Positions 37,954-46,832 of a stretch of DNA of 64,000 bases are shown piece after piece. Each line of letters opens with the position of its first letter. The stretch's first letter is position 1. Below the pieces are notes generated by a model. The model was not told where the DNA came from. It searched no databases and saw only the letters and a list, made by a program, of their open reading frames with translations. The position numbers were made by a program, and so were the translations under genes. Origin of the DNA: a virus; the IMG/VR virus record IMGVR_UViG_3300032116_000025. One strand, given 5' to 3'.

Positions 37954-37990
37954 TATGGGGATCTTGCGAAAGTAGGATCCCCATACTTTT
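37954..37990 (+). terminator. Intrinsic terminator after tRNA
   Basis: TATGGGGATCTTGC-GAAA-GTAGGATCCCCATA then CTTTT. Confidence 0.8.
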
Positions 37991-38024
37991 GCCCAGCTTT
38001 GGCTGACAGACCGGTTTTGTAAGC

Positions 38025-38056
38025 AAAAAAGAGGGCGGGGTGTTCCCCGCCCTCTT
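38025..38056 (-). terminator. Intrinsic terminator
   Basis: AAGAGGGCGGGG-TGTT-CCCCGCCCTCTT hairpin with U-run on minus strand. Confidence 0.85.
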
Positions 38057-38060
38057 ACCC

Positions 38061-38276
38061 TCAGCGGAGTAGCCTTCGGCTGACCCGGCTGTCGAGCCGC
38101 CGAAGCCGCTCCTCGTAGGAGAGAAGATCCATCATCAGTCCAATGACGGCCCCGGGCGAGCCGATTTCAAGCAGCTCGCGCGCCCGCTCAACAAAGGCTG
38201 CGGCGGTGTACGGGGACTTCTCAAACGCGAGGGGTGCCACCCTCCGCATCTCTTCTACCAATCCATCTGCATTCAT
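38061..38276 (-). CDS. Hypothetical protein
   Basis: ATGA coupling. Confidence 0.55.
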   Translation of the reverse strand: MNADGLVEEMRRVAPLAFEKSPYTAAAFVERARELLEIGSPGAVIGLMMDLLSYEERLRRLDSRVSRRLLR

Positions 38277-38653
38277 GACAGGTCCTTGTTGTTTTTGACG
38301 GCGATCTCGTCGATGGTCGATGCTACTGCGGAAAGCTGCTGAACAGCCCGAATGAACTGAACTGAGAGGGCTTGTTGCCAGCTGGCTTGCGGTAAGAGGT
38401 CTTGTAGAACAGCGATGACCCCTGAGACGGCCCTGAACGCGACTACGGGGTCAAGCTCCTCCCCGCTGCTCTGCTTTGCGACAGGGACGATGCTCATACT
38501 CCCGTCGCTCCCGTGCATCAGGGACAGAAGGAGCAAGTCGTGCGAGGCGCCTACGTCGGCCCCCAGCTCCTCGACCTGCTTTTCGGTAAGCCCCTTTGGA
38601 TGAACGTTGTAGCTGTACGTGACGTAGTACCTATTGAGGTCCTTCGGAGTCAT
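38273..38653 (-). CDS. Hypothetical protein
   Basis: GGAGG RBS, ATGA coupling. Confidence 0.6.
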   Translation of the reverse strand: MTPKDLNRYYVTYSYNVHPKGLTEKQVEELGADVGASHDLLLLSLMHGSDGSMSIVPVAKQSSGEELDPVVAFRAVSGVIAVLQDLLPQASWQQALSVQFIRAVQQLSAVASTIDEIAVKNNKDLS

Positions 38654-39144
38654 ACAGTGTCCTCCGAAATCTCAAACCATCCGGTTACGATGGTCGCGCC
38701 GTTTTCGTCGATGTAAGGCTCGCTTCCGAATGAGATCTCATCCCATCTTACGAGTGTCGCCGTACCCGTGCGGTCGAAGCGGACCGTGACTGTCTCCTTT
38801 TCAACGTGCACGATCTTGCCCGTGTCACCGCGCATGGCATGGATGTACTGGGGGTGAGGGAACTGCGCGCTTGTATCGCCAAACTCTCCACCCTCAGTGA
38901 TCGTGCGTTCGGCAACTACGCGGTCACCCTCATCAACTCCGTCTTCTTCGACCTCGATAAAGCCGGGACCGCCGCGAGGAGAAGAGAGAGACCAGGCGAT
39001 GACGTAGGTGTTGTCCTTTCGCATGATGACAAGCCCGTAAGCCGGGGGAGATCCCCCGTCATCCACGATGCCGACGATGACTCCGTTCTGGAGAGATCCC
39101 AAGTGCTTCTTCATGTAATCCATTGGACGTTTGTCCTCCTTCAT
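38650..39144 (-). CDS. Hypothetical protein with SH3-like C-terminal half
   Basis: GDRVVA..GDTGKIV....TVRF; CCTATCAG upstream. Confidence 0.6.
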   Translation of the reverse strand: MKEDKRPMDYMKKHLGSLQNGVIVGIVDDGGSPPAYGLVIMRKDNTYVIAWSLSSPRGGPGFIEVEEDGVDEGDRVVAERTITEGGEFGDTSAQFPHPQYIHAMRGDTGKIVHVEKETVTVRFDRTGTATLVRWDEISFGSEPYIDENGATIVTGWFEISEDTV

Positions 39145-39147
39145 TCA

Positions 39148-39155
39148 CTGATAGG
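39148..39155 (-). promoter_or_regulatory. CCTATCAG element
   Basis: Just upstream of 38650..39144. Confidence 0.7.
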
Positions 39156-39171
39156 AGAGGGGTGAGCCCTT

Positions 39172-39582
39172 TTAAGGCTTTCCTTTTTTGATGCCCAATT
39201 TTTGCTGCCAGGACCAGATGAGGCTTGGGCTGCGGTTAATCGCTCGGCCGATTTCCCGCATGGACGAACCAGCCCGGGTCATCTCAGCGATGACGTTTTG
39301 GTCCCGCTTCTTTATCCGGCGCCTGGATGCTTTTGGGGCGGCAGGCTCCCGAACCAGCTCCTTTTCCTTGCTCTCTTCCGGTGGGGCGGGAAAGGACTGG
39401 TTGTAGTACTTAACTACACGGTCTTGGATCTCCATGGTGTGAAGCTCCACCGTGAGAAGCATGGCGGCCCCGACGACCTCTCGAAGATGCTCTCGGGCTT
39501 CTTCAAAGCTTCCCTTACTGATCATTAACTCGACGCGACGACCACCGCTGCGAATGGTCCTTAAGTTTTGTTTGTATCCCAT
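39172..39582 (-). CDS. HTH DNA-binding protein
   Basis: AGSSMREIGRAINRSPSLI; start taken at MGYKQ. Confidence 0.65.
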   Translation of the reverse strand: MGYKQNLRTIRSGGRRVELMISKGSFEEAREHLREVVGAAMLLTVELHTMEIQDRVVKYYNQSFPAPPEESKEKELVREPAAPKASRRRIKKRDQNVIAEMTRAGSSMREIGRAINRSPSLIWSWQQKLGIKKGKP

Positions 39583-39842
39583 GCGCGCGTTTTCCTTTCT
39601 GTTGATCGCGTTAAAAGGCGCTCTAGCGTAGTCCCGTACGATGCCCGCAACTCTTGGAGTCCGGGAGTAGTTCCTGAGCATGGGCCGCGAGATCCTTCCC
39701 AAGCGGGACGGGTTCCGCATCGAACACACTCTTTGTTTCCTGTGTTCAAGTTCTTTGCCCAAAGGTGGATCACGAAAGCCTCCGCCGGTGTCAGCACCGA
39801 AAAAGAAAGCCCCGATATTACGCTCGGGGCCACACGTGTCAC
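39561..39842 (-). CDS. Hypothetical protein
   Basis: Fills gap; CVRCG. Confidence 0.45.
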   Translation of the reverse strand: MTRVAPSVISGLSFSVLTPAEAFVIHLWAKNLNTGNKECVRCGTRPAWEGSRGPCSGTTPGLQELRASYGTTLERLLTRSTERKTRAWDTNKT

Positions 39843-40009
39843 TCGTTTTCGGATCGAGGCTTAGTGCGGTGCCCGCACACGGGACACTCAGTTTCTCGTC
39901 CCTTTTCGATACGATCTAGCGATTCCACCAGCTTTTCAACTGCACGAACGAGGCGCGGCACTGTTCCTTCGTAGAACTTGTGCCCCATGATGGTTTTGTA
40001 GAAGTCCAT
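39839..40009 (-). CDS. Small hypothetical protein
   Basis: MDFYKTIMGHKFYEGTVPRL; GGAG RBS. Confidence 0.6.
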   Translation of the reverse strand: MDFYKTIMGHKFYEGTVPRLVRAVEKLVESLDRIEKGRETECPVCGHRTKPRSENE

Positions 40010-40013
40010 GATG

Positions 40014-40271
40014 TTACTCCGGATCAACAGCACCGAAGAAGCAGACGCAGGTCAGCCCTTCTGCTGAGCCGTGGGCTTGCATCTCTACCAGTTCCCCGTC
40101 TGCTTCGCGGCAGAAGGATTCGCAGTATTGTCTTGCCGCCCTGGGATCGGAGAACCGCGCGCTAACGTTACCAGACGAGTAAGCTCCCACCATCCCGGCG
40201 GCTACTAGGAACACAACAAAGACAACTGCGGCGGTAACTGCCCTGTCTCCCATTTTGTAGACGAAACTCAC
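40014..40271 (-). CDS. Small membrane-anchored Cys protein
   Basis: TM helix, CESFC, CVC. Confidence 0.55.
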   Translation of the reverse strand: MSFVYKMGDRAVTAAVVFVVFLVAAGMVGAYSSGNVSARFSDPRAARQYCESFCREADGELVEMQAHGSAEGLTCVCFFGAVDPE

Positions 40272-40325
40272 TCGCCACCCAGTTTCTTGAAGCGGGGCTT
40301 TGTAAACGCTGTGCGCAGGAAGTAC

Positions 40326-40505
40326 TCAGCCATGTTTCTTTTTCTTGCTCCTGATAATGATCGCCTTACGACGCAGACTGGGCACGACGGCGTTAAGGAT
40401 GTGCCTTCGCTCCTCATCGGTTAGCTGAGGGTGCGGCCGTCCAAACGTCTGTTCGAGAAGCTCGGCCGCGGTATCCCACGACCGAGCTTTTGACTCTGTG
40501 TTCAC
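40326..40505 (-). CDS. Hypothetical protein
   Basis: GTGA coupling. Confidence 0.5.
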   Translation of the reverse strand: MNTESKARSWDTAAELLEQTFGRPHPQLTDEERRHILNAVVPSLRRKAIIIRSKKKKHG

Positions 40506-41737
40506 GCTCCGACCTTGTACGAGTGACCTACGACTTCCGTAGGAAGGTCCGCGCCGCGTACGTGGGGCTCGATCCACTTACGCGTGCGAAGGGTGTAACC
40601 CGGCCCGTGGGCTTGGTTGCGCCAGTGTCCTCGCACAAGAGTGCGGTACGTCAGCTTGTAGCCGCCGGTGCCTTCGGTGCGAATGATCTCCCGCATCTCG
40701 GCGTCTACCGAGACGTTGGTGCCCACCGCAAACACACGATCGTCCCGAAGCTGTTGAATCTTCTCTTGAACCCGCTTACGCAGGTTCTTGAACTTTTTGT
40801 TTCCGTGCAGCCGGTCAATCTCATCAGCATGCACATGCTTTACGGCCGCCTTCTCCGAGCCCATGTAGATGCACAGGTTCAAGACGAACCTGAGCAGCAG
40901 GTTTCGGATTTCCAAGCCGTCAAGGGTGCGCTCTCCTAGACGGCCGCTGTTTAGCGTCCGTTCGTATTCTGCGATATTGACGGTCCTGTCGCGCAGGCCC
41001 ACAAGGCCGCGGGTAGACCGCTCAATAGCAGATTCGACGTCCTCCTCTTTGTTATCGATCAGATACGTCTTGAACAGCCACGTATCGTCGAACGGATTTG
41101 AGGAGTTTTCGTTAGGCTCTCCGTAGGCTTCGATGAGGAGCCTCTCTCCAAGCTCGGGAGTCTTTGCGGTCGTATCGCCTTGCCGCGCGGCGATCTCAAG
41201 CGTGCGAGGGGTAATGCACCCCTGAGCGACTACGAGAGACCGGACACAGTGCCACCCCGTCTTCGCGTCCTCTAAGTAGAAGAGGTTGTCGGGCAGCTCA
41301 ACGTAAAATGCCTTCATCGGGAGCTTTAGGTCCCCGACGACTGCACCCTTCAGCTCCGTGGCGAGGAGCTTGTAGGTAAGCCCCTCGCTCGGGGCGAACC
41401 AGTTAGACGTCGCGCTGATGGTGCGCAACTTTGCAGTTACCCATGCGACAAGGCCCGAATGCATATCGGAGCCGCGCCCGTGAAGGGCGAGCATCGCGCG
41501 GAACTGCGGATCCTCCGCCAGTTCGGAGAACCAGTCTAGGTCCCGTCCCAAAGACCAGTTCTGCGACGCCTTCTCACGAAAGTCTGCGGACAAACGGAAA
41601 ACGGGCCGCTTTGCTTTGAACGCGCGCATGATCCTCTGCGCGTCAGCAATGAGGGTGCCCCTTCGGAACTTCTCCTTGGACTTGGCGTACTCCTCAAGAG
41701 CTGCCACGACCTCTTTCACTTCTTCTTCGTCATGCAT
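40502..41737 (-). CDS. Phage hypothetical protein with C-terminal VRGHWR motif
   Basis: LVRGHWRNQAHGPG...KWIEPHVRG; GGAGG RBS, CCTATCAG upstream. Confidence 0.7.
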   Translation of the reverse strand: MHDEEEVKEVVAALEEYAKSKEKFRRGTLIADAQRIMRAFKAKRPVFRLSADFREKASQNWSLGRDLDWFSELAEDPQFRAMLALHGRGSDMHSGLVAWVTAKLRTISATSNWFAPSEGLTYKLLATELKGAVVGDLKLPMKAFYVELPDNLFYLEDAKTGWHCVRSLVVAQGCITPRTLEIAARQGDTTAKTPELGERLLIEAYGEPNENSSNPFDDTWLFKTYLIDNKEEDVESAIERSTRGLVGLRDRTVNIAEYERTLNSGRLGERTLDGLEIRNLLLRFVLNLCIYMGSEKAAVKHVHADEIDRLHGNKKFKNLRKRVQEKIQQLRDDRVFAVGTNVSVDAEMREIIRTEGTGGYKLTYRTLVRGHWRNQAHGPGYTLRTRKWIEPHVRGADLPTEVVGHSYKVGA

Positions 41738-41754
41738 GTGTGCGCCTCCAAAGG

Positions 41755-41762
41755 CTGATAGG
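41755..41762 (-). promoter_or_regulatory. CCTATCAG element
   Basis: After a terminator, 17 nt before ATG 41737. Confidence 0.7.
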
Positions 41763-41771
41763 GCACAATGC

Positions 41772-41805
41772 AAAGAAAAACGGGGAGGCCGTAGCCTCCC
41801 CGTTT
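41772..41805 (-). terminator. Intrinsic terminator
   Basis: AAACGGGGAGGC-CGTA-GCCTCCCCGTTT with U-run on minus strand. Confidence 0.8.
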
Positions 41806-41818
41806 CCCTGACAACCGC

Positions 41819-42217
41819 TCAACCCTCGGTCATCTGGGCGCTAGCGCCCTCATCCAACTCTACAGCGTGCGTAGACGCCCCGTTAGTCACCGAAACCGCA
41901 GGAGGCGGAACGAAGATTGCGGCGGGACGCGGCTGCGAGATTGTGGCTCGCGCCTTTCGACCAGGCTTTGACGCAGCCTGAGCGGACTTAGGAGGACGAC
42001 CTCGGCGGACCTGCTTCTTAACAGGCTTGGCCGACGACTTGGACTTCGCCTTTGCCTTAGGCTTTGTAGCGCCCGAGTACTTGCTAAGCGCCTTGTCGCG
42101 CGAGATCCCCTTGTCCATGAGGTTCTGCGCGGCTTCCTTCTCCTCGATTCCGCGGGCCTTCGCCATCTTGGCGATGTAGGCGATTTGCTCGTCTGTAAAA
42201 CTGTATCCCTTTGCCAT
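41819..42217 (-). CDS. Basic DNA-binding protein with AT-hook-like motif
   Basis: Lys/Ala/Pro-rich, RRGRPPK; GAGG RBS before MAKGYSF. Confidence 0.6.
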   Translation of the reverse strand: MAKGYSFTDEQIAYIAKMAKARGIEEKEAAQNLMDKGISRDKALSKYSGATKPKAKAKSKSSAKPVKKQVRRGRPPKSAQAASKPGRKARATISQPRPAAIFVPPPAVSVTNGASTHAVELDEGASAQMTEG

Positions 42218-42338
42218 CTCTACCTCGTTCTTATTCAGCGCAGAGCCTTGTTCTCCACCGCGGAGGCTGGCTGAGCACGCTGCTGATCCCAACGGTTTAG
42301 TGATGCGCCCTCATCAGATCTTTGTCAAGACCGATCTC

Positions 42339-43004
42339 TCAGAAAAGTTCTGGAAAAGGGCGCTCCGGGTCGTCCTCTATGTCAACGGGGGCAACAATCA
42401 CCTTCCAGTTATCTCCTACGAACTGGACTACTTCTGCATCCCCGTCCCCGCTTACATGCGGCCCCCGGTAGATGAACACGTCACAGGTACCGCTGGAGAC
42501 CCCGAGCATCTTTAGAACGATGTGGATCCGGCGCCGGTCAACTCTTACACCAGATATGCGCCCAGTGTGGGCGCCAATCGCCTTCGGATCGTTGTCTCCT
42601 TGAGACGTATATCTTGGAAACATACACAGCTTGTGTCCCTTGCACAGGGGGCAGTCAGCAGTGTCAACGCGGCACCACTGCTCAATGTGGTCTATTGAAA
42701 CATCCTCTTTGAACTCGATGTAATCAGTCCCAAACAACTCTACGATCCGGCCCACACCGGTCTGCACGTCTTCCTGCCAGTCTATTTCTTCTGGGTCAGG
42801 GAGCCCGTTCTCCAGCAGTAGGAGAACGAGCACAGAGCCGTCGGTAATACACAGATACGGATCGTCGCCGATGTAGAAGATGTGTGGGCACCGGGCGTAC
42901 GGGGAAGCCCCGTCGTGCCCTACACACAGCCTCAACAGGCTACGGACTGACTTGGGATCTATGCCAGGAATGCTGGGCACTTCGATTAGAGCCATGTTCA
43001 CCAC
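42339..43004 (-). CDS. Hypothetical protein
   Basis: 221 aa; CPLCKG. Confidence 0.6.
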   Translation of the reverse strand: MVNMALIEVPSIPGIDPKSVRSLLRLCVGHDGASPYARCPHIFYIGDDPYLCITDGSVLVLLLLENGLPDPEEIDWQEDVQTGVGRIVELFGTDYIEFKEDVSIDHIEQWCRVDTADCPLCKGHKLCMFPRYTSQGDNDPKAIGAHTGRISGVRVDRRRIHIVLKMLGVSSGTCDVFIYRGPHVSGDGDAEVVQFVGDNWKVIVAPVDIEDDPERPFPELF

Positions 43005-44110
43005 CGCTTGTTCTTGTGAAACACCTTGACCCTCGGAAACCGAGGGATTCCATCTGGCGTAAGGTGGAAGTATTCCACAGTCGCCTCTTTGCCCAGGTAG
43101 CTCGGGACATCAGCCAATAGATCGCGCAGGTACTCCCAGCTTCCCGTAATGTTTGCCCGAAAGGTTCTTCCGTCAGGCAGAGACAGTACGGCGTACCCGG
43201 CCATTCCAGACCGATTTCCTTCACCTTCATAGATCCCAATCACCGGGAACTCGGAGTCCATGCACTCTTTTCTCTTGAGCAGGAGCTTGCTCCTCTTCTG
43301 CTCATACGGACCTTCGAGTCGGATCATGGTGCCCTCAAAGCCATCGGAGATCCAACACTCATGGATCTCATCCAGCTCTTGCAGATCTTTCGGCGCTAAC
43401 GTGGGAACCATTACAACGCCGGAAACGCCCACCGCTGCGGCGCGGCGACCCATAACGCGGGCTTTGGTATCTCCTTCGCCGGGGGCGTCGTACACCCAGT
43501 ACTCGATGATGCGGGAGTCCTCTAGGTCTTGGGCAGTCGGCTTCTGCTTCTTTACCTTGGATACCAGCGCTGGAAAGTTTGCGCTGAAGTCATGGTTGTA
43601 AAGCTCACCGTCTAATACGAGTGACGGGTCCTGCTCGAACAACGGCAGAAGAGCCTTGTGAATATGCGGAACCGATACGATCGGGTTGCCAAGCCGAGAC
43701 CACAGCCCTCGGATGTTGGCTATGCAACGGACACCGTCCAGCTTTGGCTGGACGTATACTTGTCGTGTCCCTGAAGCCAGTGCGTTGGCTACGTCCTTGG
43801 CGTAGTCCTCGTACACCTTGGCAAGCATCGGGCTGAAACGATCAGACTCTCTAGCTCCGCTCAAAGTCTCTTGGTAGCCAGACTTTAGCTTGAGCGTGTA
43901 GTTTGAGGCGATCTCTAGTTCTGCCTGCTGCTCAGGCGTGGTCTCATTGGACCGGCCTACGTTTTTGGGTCGAGCAACCGTCCAGTTTGACGATACGATC
44001 TGACCACCGTCTTGTCCGCTATGGGTGCGGTACGACGATCCTTCTCGTTCTTGCCACCAAACTTGAATAGCGTTTGTAGCTGTCTGTTTGTAGAGCTTCT
44101 TGTGGTGCAT
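42998..44110 (-). CDS. ATP-dependent DNA ligase
   Basis: PMLA, QPKLDGVRC, LDGELY, YD, EGTMIR, KRS..LLK.K, PRFP. Confidence 0.95.
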   Translation of the reverse strand: MHHKKLYKQTATNAIQVWWQEREGSSYRTHSGQDGGQIVSSNWTVARPKNVGRSNETTPEQQAELEIASNYTLKLKSGYQETLSGARESDRFSPMLAKVYEDYAKDVANALASGTRQVYVQPKLDGVRCIANIRGLWSRLGNPIVSVPHIHKALLPLFEQDPSLVLDGELYNHDFSANFPALVSKVKKQKPTAQDLEDSRIIEYWVYDAPGEGDTKARVMGRRAAAVGVSGVVMVPTLAPKDLQELDEIHECWISDGFEGTMIRLEGPYEQKRSKLLLKRKECMDSEFPVIGIYEGEGNRSGMAGYAVLSLPDGRTFRANITGSWEYLRDLLADVPSYLGKEATVEYFHLTPDGIPRFPRVKVFHKNKRW

Positions 44111-44116
44111 CAATAA

Positions 44117-44124
44117 CTGATAGG
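44117..44124 (-). promoter_or_regulatory. CCTATCAG element
   Basis: 6 nt before ligase ATG. Confidence 0.7.
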
Positions 44125-44126
44125 CG

Positions 44127-44504
44127 CTAGCGGTCTTGCTCTAAAGAACGAGCAAGCCGCAATCCACGAGACAAAAGATCAGAGATGCGCACCTCCGCCG
44201 TACCCGGTAGCGTCGCTACCCAGTACTGGATGTCGGGGTTACCTGTCTTAGGGAGAAGAAAGTCCCCTGCTATCGTAGAAACCTGACACTCGTCTTGCCC
44301 AATAAGGACGCGAACGCCGGCGAACGTAGACAGCAGGGACTCTCCGTGCTCCATCATCCCCACGGCAGACGGTTGTGACAGCCGTATGCGCGGGGAAACG
44401 ATCAACGTGTGGTCTTTGACCTTCTCTAAAGCCCAAACCGTTGCGTACCCAATGTACCCACGGTCTGAGAATAGACTCAGCTTCATCCTGGCTTCTTTAC
44501 CCAC
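44127..44504 (-). CDS. Hypothetical protein
   Basis: ORF track. Confidence 0.55.
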   Translation of the reverse strand: MGKEARMKLSLFSDRGYIGYATVWALEKVKDHTLIVSPRIRLSQPSAVGMMEHGESLLSTFAGVRVLIGQDECQVSTIAGDFLLPKTGNPDIQYWVATLPGTAEVRISDLLSRGLRLARSLEQDR

Positions 44505-44758
44505 CCAGACGGTGGAGGTGGAGGAGCGGGAGGCGGAGGCTCGTTTAACACCTCAAGCCTTGCCGCTCCGCACTTGATGCAGCAAGCGTCCTGCCCAAAA
44601 CCATCAACGGGCAGAAGACTTCCGATGGGCAGAGGGAATGCCGGGACGAGTAGCCTCTTCCGGATTCCGCACCCTTGGCACTTCAGCTGTAGGTAGTGAC
44701 ACCCCAGAGGCAGCGGCGGCTCGTATACCATGACCATTACCCCCGAGAAGTAGACCAC
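44483..44758 (-). CDS. Zinc-ribbon hypothetical protein
   Basis: CQGCG, CIKCG, poly-Pro tail; true start probably later. Confidence 0.55.
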   Translation of the reverse strand: MVYFSGVMVMVYEPPLPLGCHYLQLKCQGCGIRKRLLVPAFPLPIGSLLPVDGFGQDACCIKCGAARLEVLNEPPPPAPPPPPSGWVKKPG

Positions 44759-44936
44759 CCTGTACGATGTGCGTTTCTAGCCAGTTATGGGCAAGAGAAC
44801 GGGCGCGGGAGATTGTAGACTCAACCTCCCGCTCCGCGTTCTCAGCCATAGCGTGGCACGGCGCGCACAGAAACAGGTGGTTAAACCGCTTGAGGTTTGT
44901 ACCACTGTGCTCTGTGTTGCAGCTCATGCACCGCAT
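44604..44936 (-). CDS. Zinc-finger hypothetical protein
   Basis: CMSC, LCAPC. Confidence 0.55.
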   Translation of the reverse strand: MRCMSCNTEHSGTNLKRFNHLFLCAPCHAMAENAEREVESTISRARSLAHNWLETHIVQGGLLLGGNGHGIRAAAASGVSLPTAEVPRVRNPEEATRPGIPSAHRKSSAR

Positions 44937-44944
44937 ACGGCCTT

Positions 44945-45349
44945 TTAGATCTTGACCCGGCTCAGGTCAAGGTTTTGTGTAAGCCCCGGGGGCTCACCAA
45001 CGGTCGAGCGGGGCGTGGAACGCGCCTCGTCCACCGCCTCTCGGGCCATCCGCCTCGTCTGGTCGAACGACTCCTCGTCGTCATGCGGACGACGAAGAAT
45101 CGGAATGAACTGGATGTCCTCAAGGGACATCCTTTCGACCGGAATCGCCGGGCAGATTGCCCAGCCATCCGTGTAAGAGTACCGGAGCACCCCCCGGATA
45201 CTCTCACAGATCGCCGTCGCGCAGCGAACTTCAAGGTCCCCTTCCTTGTTCCTGTAGGACCTGAGGTTCCCCGTCACGACGGAGATCATCTTGAAGTTGT
45301 TGTCCTTCTTGTTGCCGTTATTGTGCACTGTTCCTCCTGCAAGGGACAA
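44945..45349 (-). CDS. Hypothetical protein
   Basis: AGGAGG RBS before internal GTG; CCTATAAG upstream. Confidence 0.6.
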   Translation of the reverse strand: MSLAGGTVHNNGNKKDNNFKMISVVTGNLRSYRNKEGDLEVRCATAICESIRGVLRYSYTDGWAICPAIPVERMSLEDIQFIPILRRPHDDEESFDQTRRMAREAVDEARSTPRSTVGEPPGLTQNLDLSRVKI

Positions 45350-45365
45350 GGATCCCTTGCAGAAG

Positions 45366-45373
45366 CTTATAGG
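45366..45373 (-). promoter_or_regulatory. CCTATAAG variant element
   Basis: Intergenic, upstream of 44945..45349. Confidence 0.55.
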
Positions 45374-45382
45374 CTGTAAAGA

Positions 45383-46024
45383 TCAGTCTTCCGGGCCCTC
45401 GGACGCGTCTCGGCAACCGATGTCCACCCCGGGTCGGCAGTAAAAGTCGTTTGCCGTCTCCCCACACTCAATCTCTACCAGACCGATGCGCGCTGCTCGG
45501 TCGCGATCCATAGACCCACCCCAGTCATGCACCGGGGACTCGCAACGGCTCCAGTCTTCCACGTTGTCAAGGGACAGCGATACTACCTCTCGGGCTCGCT
45601 CCATCACGGATCGACACGAGTCTACGTAATGCGACCACGGCGGGTGCTCAACAACTCGGACAGAACCACCAACCCTACGAGTAGAGACCCGGGGCCACGA
45701 GGGTGGTTCTGTGCAATCGGGGGTTAGCTCCCCAACCCAATGCATGCGGCTAACGCGGTGCGGTCGTGCGCCAAATAGGCGGCCCGCGTATGCCCGGGCA
45801 AACCCCGCGTATGACATCCGGTTTCGGTGAGCGCCACGCAGTAACACCTCGTGGATTGCAAGCCCGTCTCCAGACTCAAAGCAGTCCCACCCTGCCTCGT
45901 TAATGCAGAGCAGAGCCAACGCGAGAGCTGAGGACATAGGCCGTGCTCGACTACCGGTATCCTGGCCCGCAGCCAACGTAGTGGCGAGCAAACACAGCAC
46001 GACGGTAACAACAAACCGATTCAT
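45383..46024 (-). CDS. Secreted Cys-rich protein, possibly cell-wall-hydrolase-like
   Basis: Signal peptide MNRFVVTVVLCLLATTLAAG; LA.LC.NEAG..AI..VL. Confidence 0.5.
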   Translation of the reverse strand: MNRFVVTVVLCLLATTLAAGQDTGSRARPMSSALALALLCINEAGWDCFESGDGLAIHEVLLRGAHRNRMSYAGFARAYAGRLFGARPHRVSRMHWVGELTPDCTEPPSWPRVSTRRVGGSVRVVEHPPWSHYVDSCRSVMERAREVVSLSLDNVEDWSRCESPVHDWGGSMDRDRAARIGLVEIECGETANDFYCRPGVDIGCRDASEGPED

Positions 46025-46653
46025 AAATCTTCCTTCCAACCTAATGCCGCAACCTTGACGTTGCGGTGCTGTGGTGATCTACCGTACCTCTCGATCGCCG
46101 CAGCGTGTTGCTTGGTTCCATAGCCCTTGTTTTCTACCCATCGGTAGACTGGGTACTCTTGATGCAGCAAAGCCATGAGGTTGTTTCGTGTTGTTTTAGC
46201 AACCACGCTGGCTGCGCCCACCGCAGGTACCTGATCTTCGGCGCTGGTAAGAAACCTTACGCTCGATATTCCAAGCTCCTTGTTGATCTTTCTTTCTGTC
46301 TTTACATCCAACAACCCGTCAATAACTATCTCTACAGAGGACTTCTCTATACCATGATCGAGTAAGCACTCAAGCACATATGCAACCGAGCGTAGGATCG
46401 CGGATCTCCATGCTGCGTGCTTACTCTGATCAATCTCCTCCACGCTGACGACGGTTGTTTTCGCGAACAGCGCAATCTCAGAAATTGCAGCCATTGATCC
46501 GCGCCTACGGATGTCGGTCATGCTCTTAGAGTCACGACCACCCGCGCTGCGCAGTAAGCTTGCGTCCTTTTCATAGCAAGCAAGCGCGGTCACCGTGTAC
46601 GGGCCCGCCCAAGCCCCGGTTCCACTCTCGTCAACCCCAACGATCACCTTCAT
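46021..46653 (-). CDS. rnhB: Ribonuclease HII
   Basis: GVDESG.G..AGP, RDSK, IDG, AAS.VAK..R, NKGYGT..H, HR. Confidence 0.92.
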   Translation of the reverse strand: MKVIVGVDESGTGAWAGPYTVTALACYEKDASLLRSAGGRDSKSMTDIRRRGSMAAISEIALFAKTTVVSVEEIDQSKHAAWRSAILRSVAYVLECLLDHGIEKSSVEIVIDGLLDVKTERKINKELGISSVRFLTSAEDQVPAVGAASVVAKTTRNNLMALLHQEYPVYRWVENKGYGTKQHAAAIERYGRSPQHRNVKVAALGWKEDL

Positions 46654-46832
46654 GACAGGCGCTTTGGGTCACCCATCAACGCCCTTTCCAAGAGCGTTTG
46701 CCACCCAGGGTCTAGGTCATAGACGGGCACAACGGTCACTTCGTCATCTTCGTTAGCAAACCGAAAGCAGATAATTCCGGCGGGACCGACGTCAACAGAA
46801 AGCCCCGGACCCAAAACCATAGTTTCAATCAC
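46650..46832 (-). CDS. Hypothetical protein
   Basis: Coupled both ends. Confidence 0.5.
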   Translation of the reverse strand: MIETMVLGPGLSVDVGPAGIICFRFANEDDEVTVVPVYDLDPGWQTLLERALMGDPKRLS

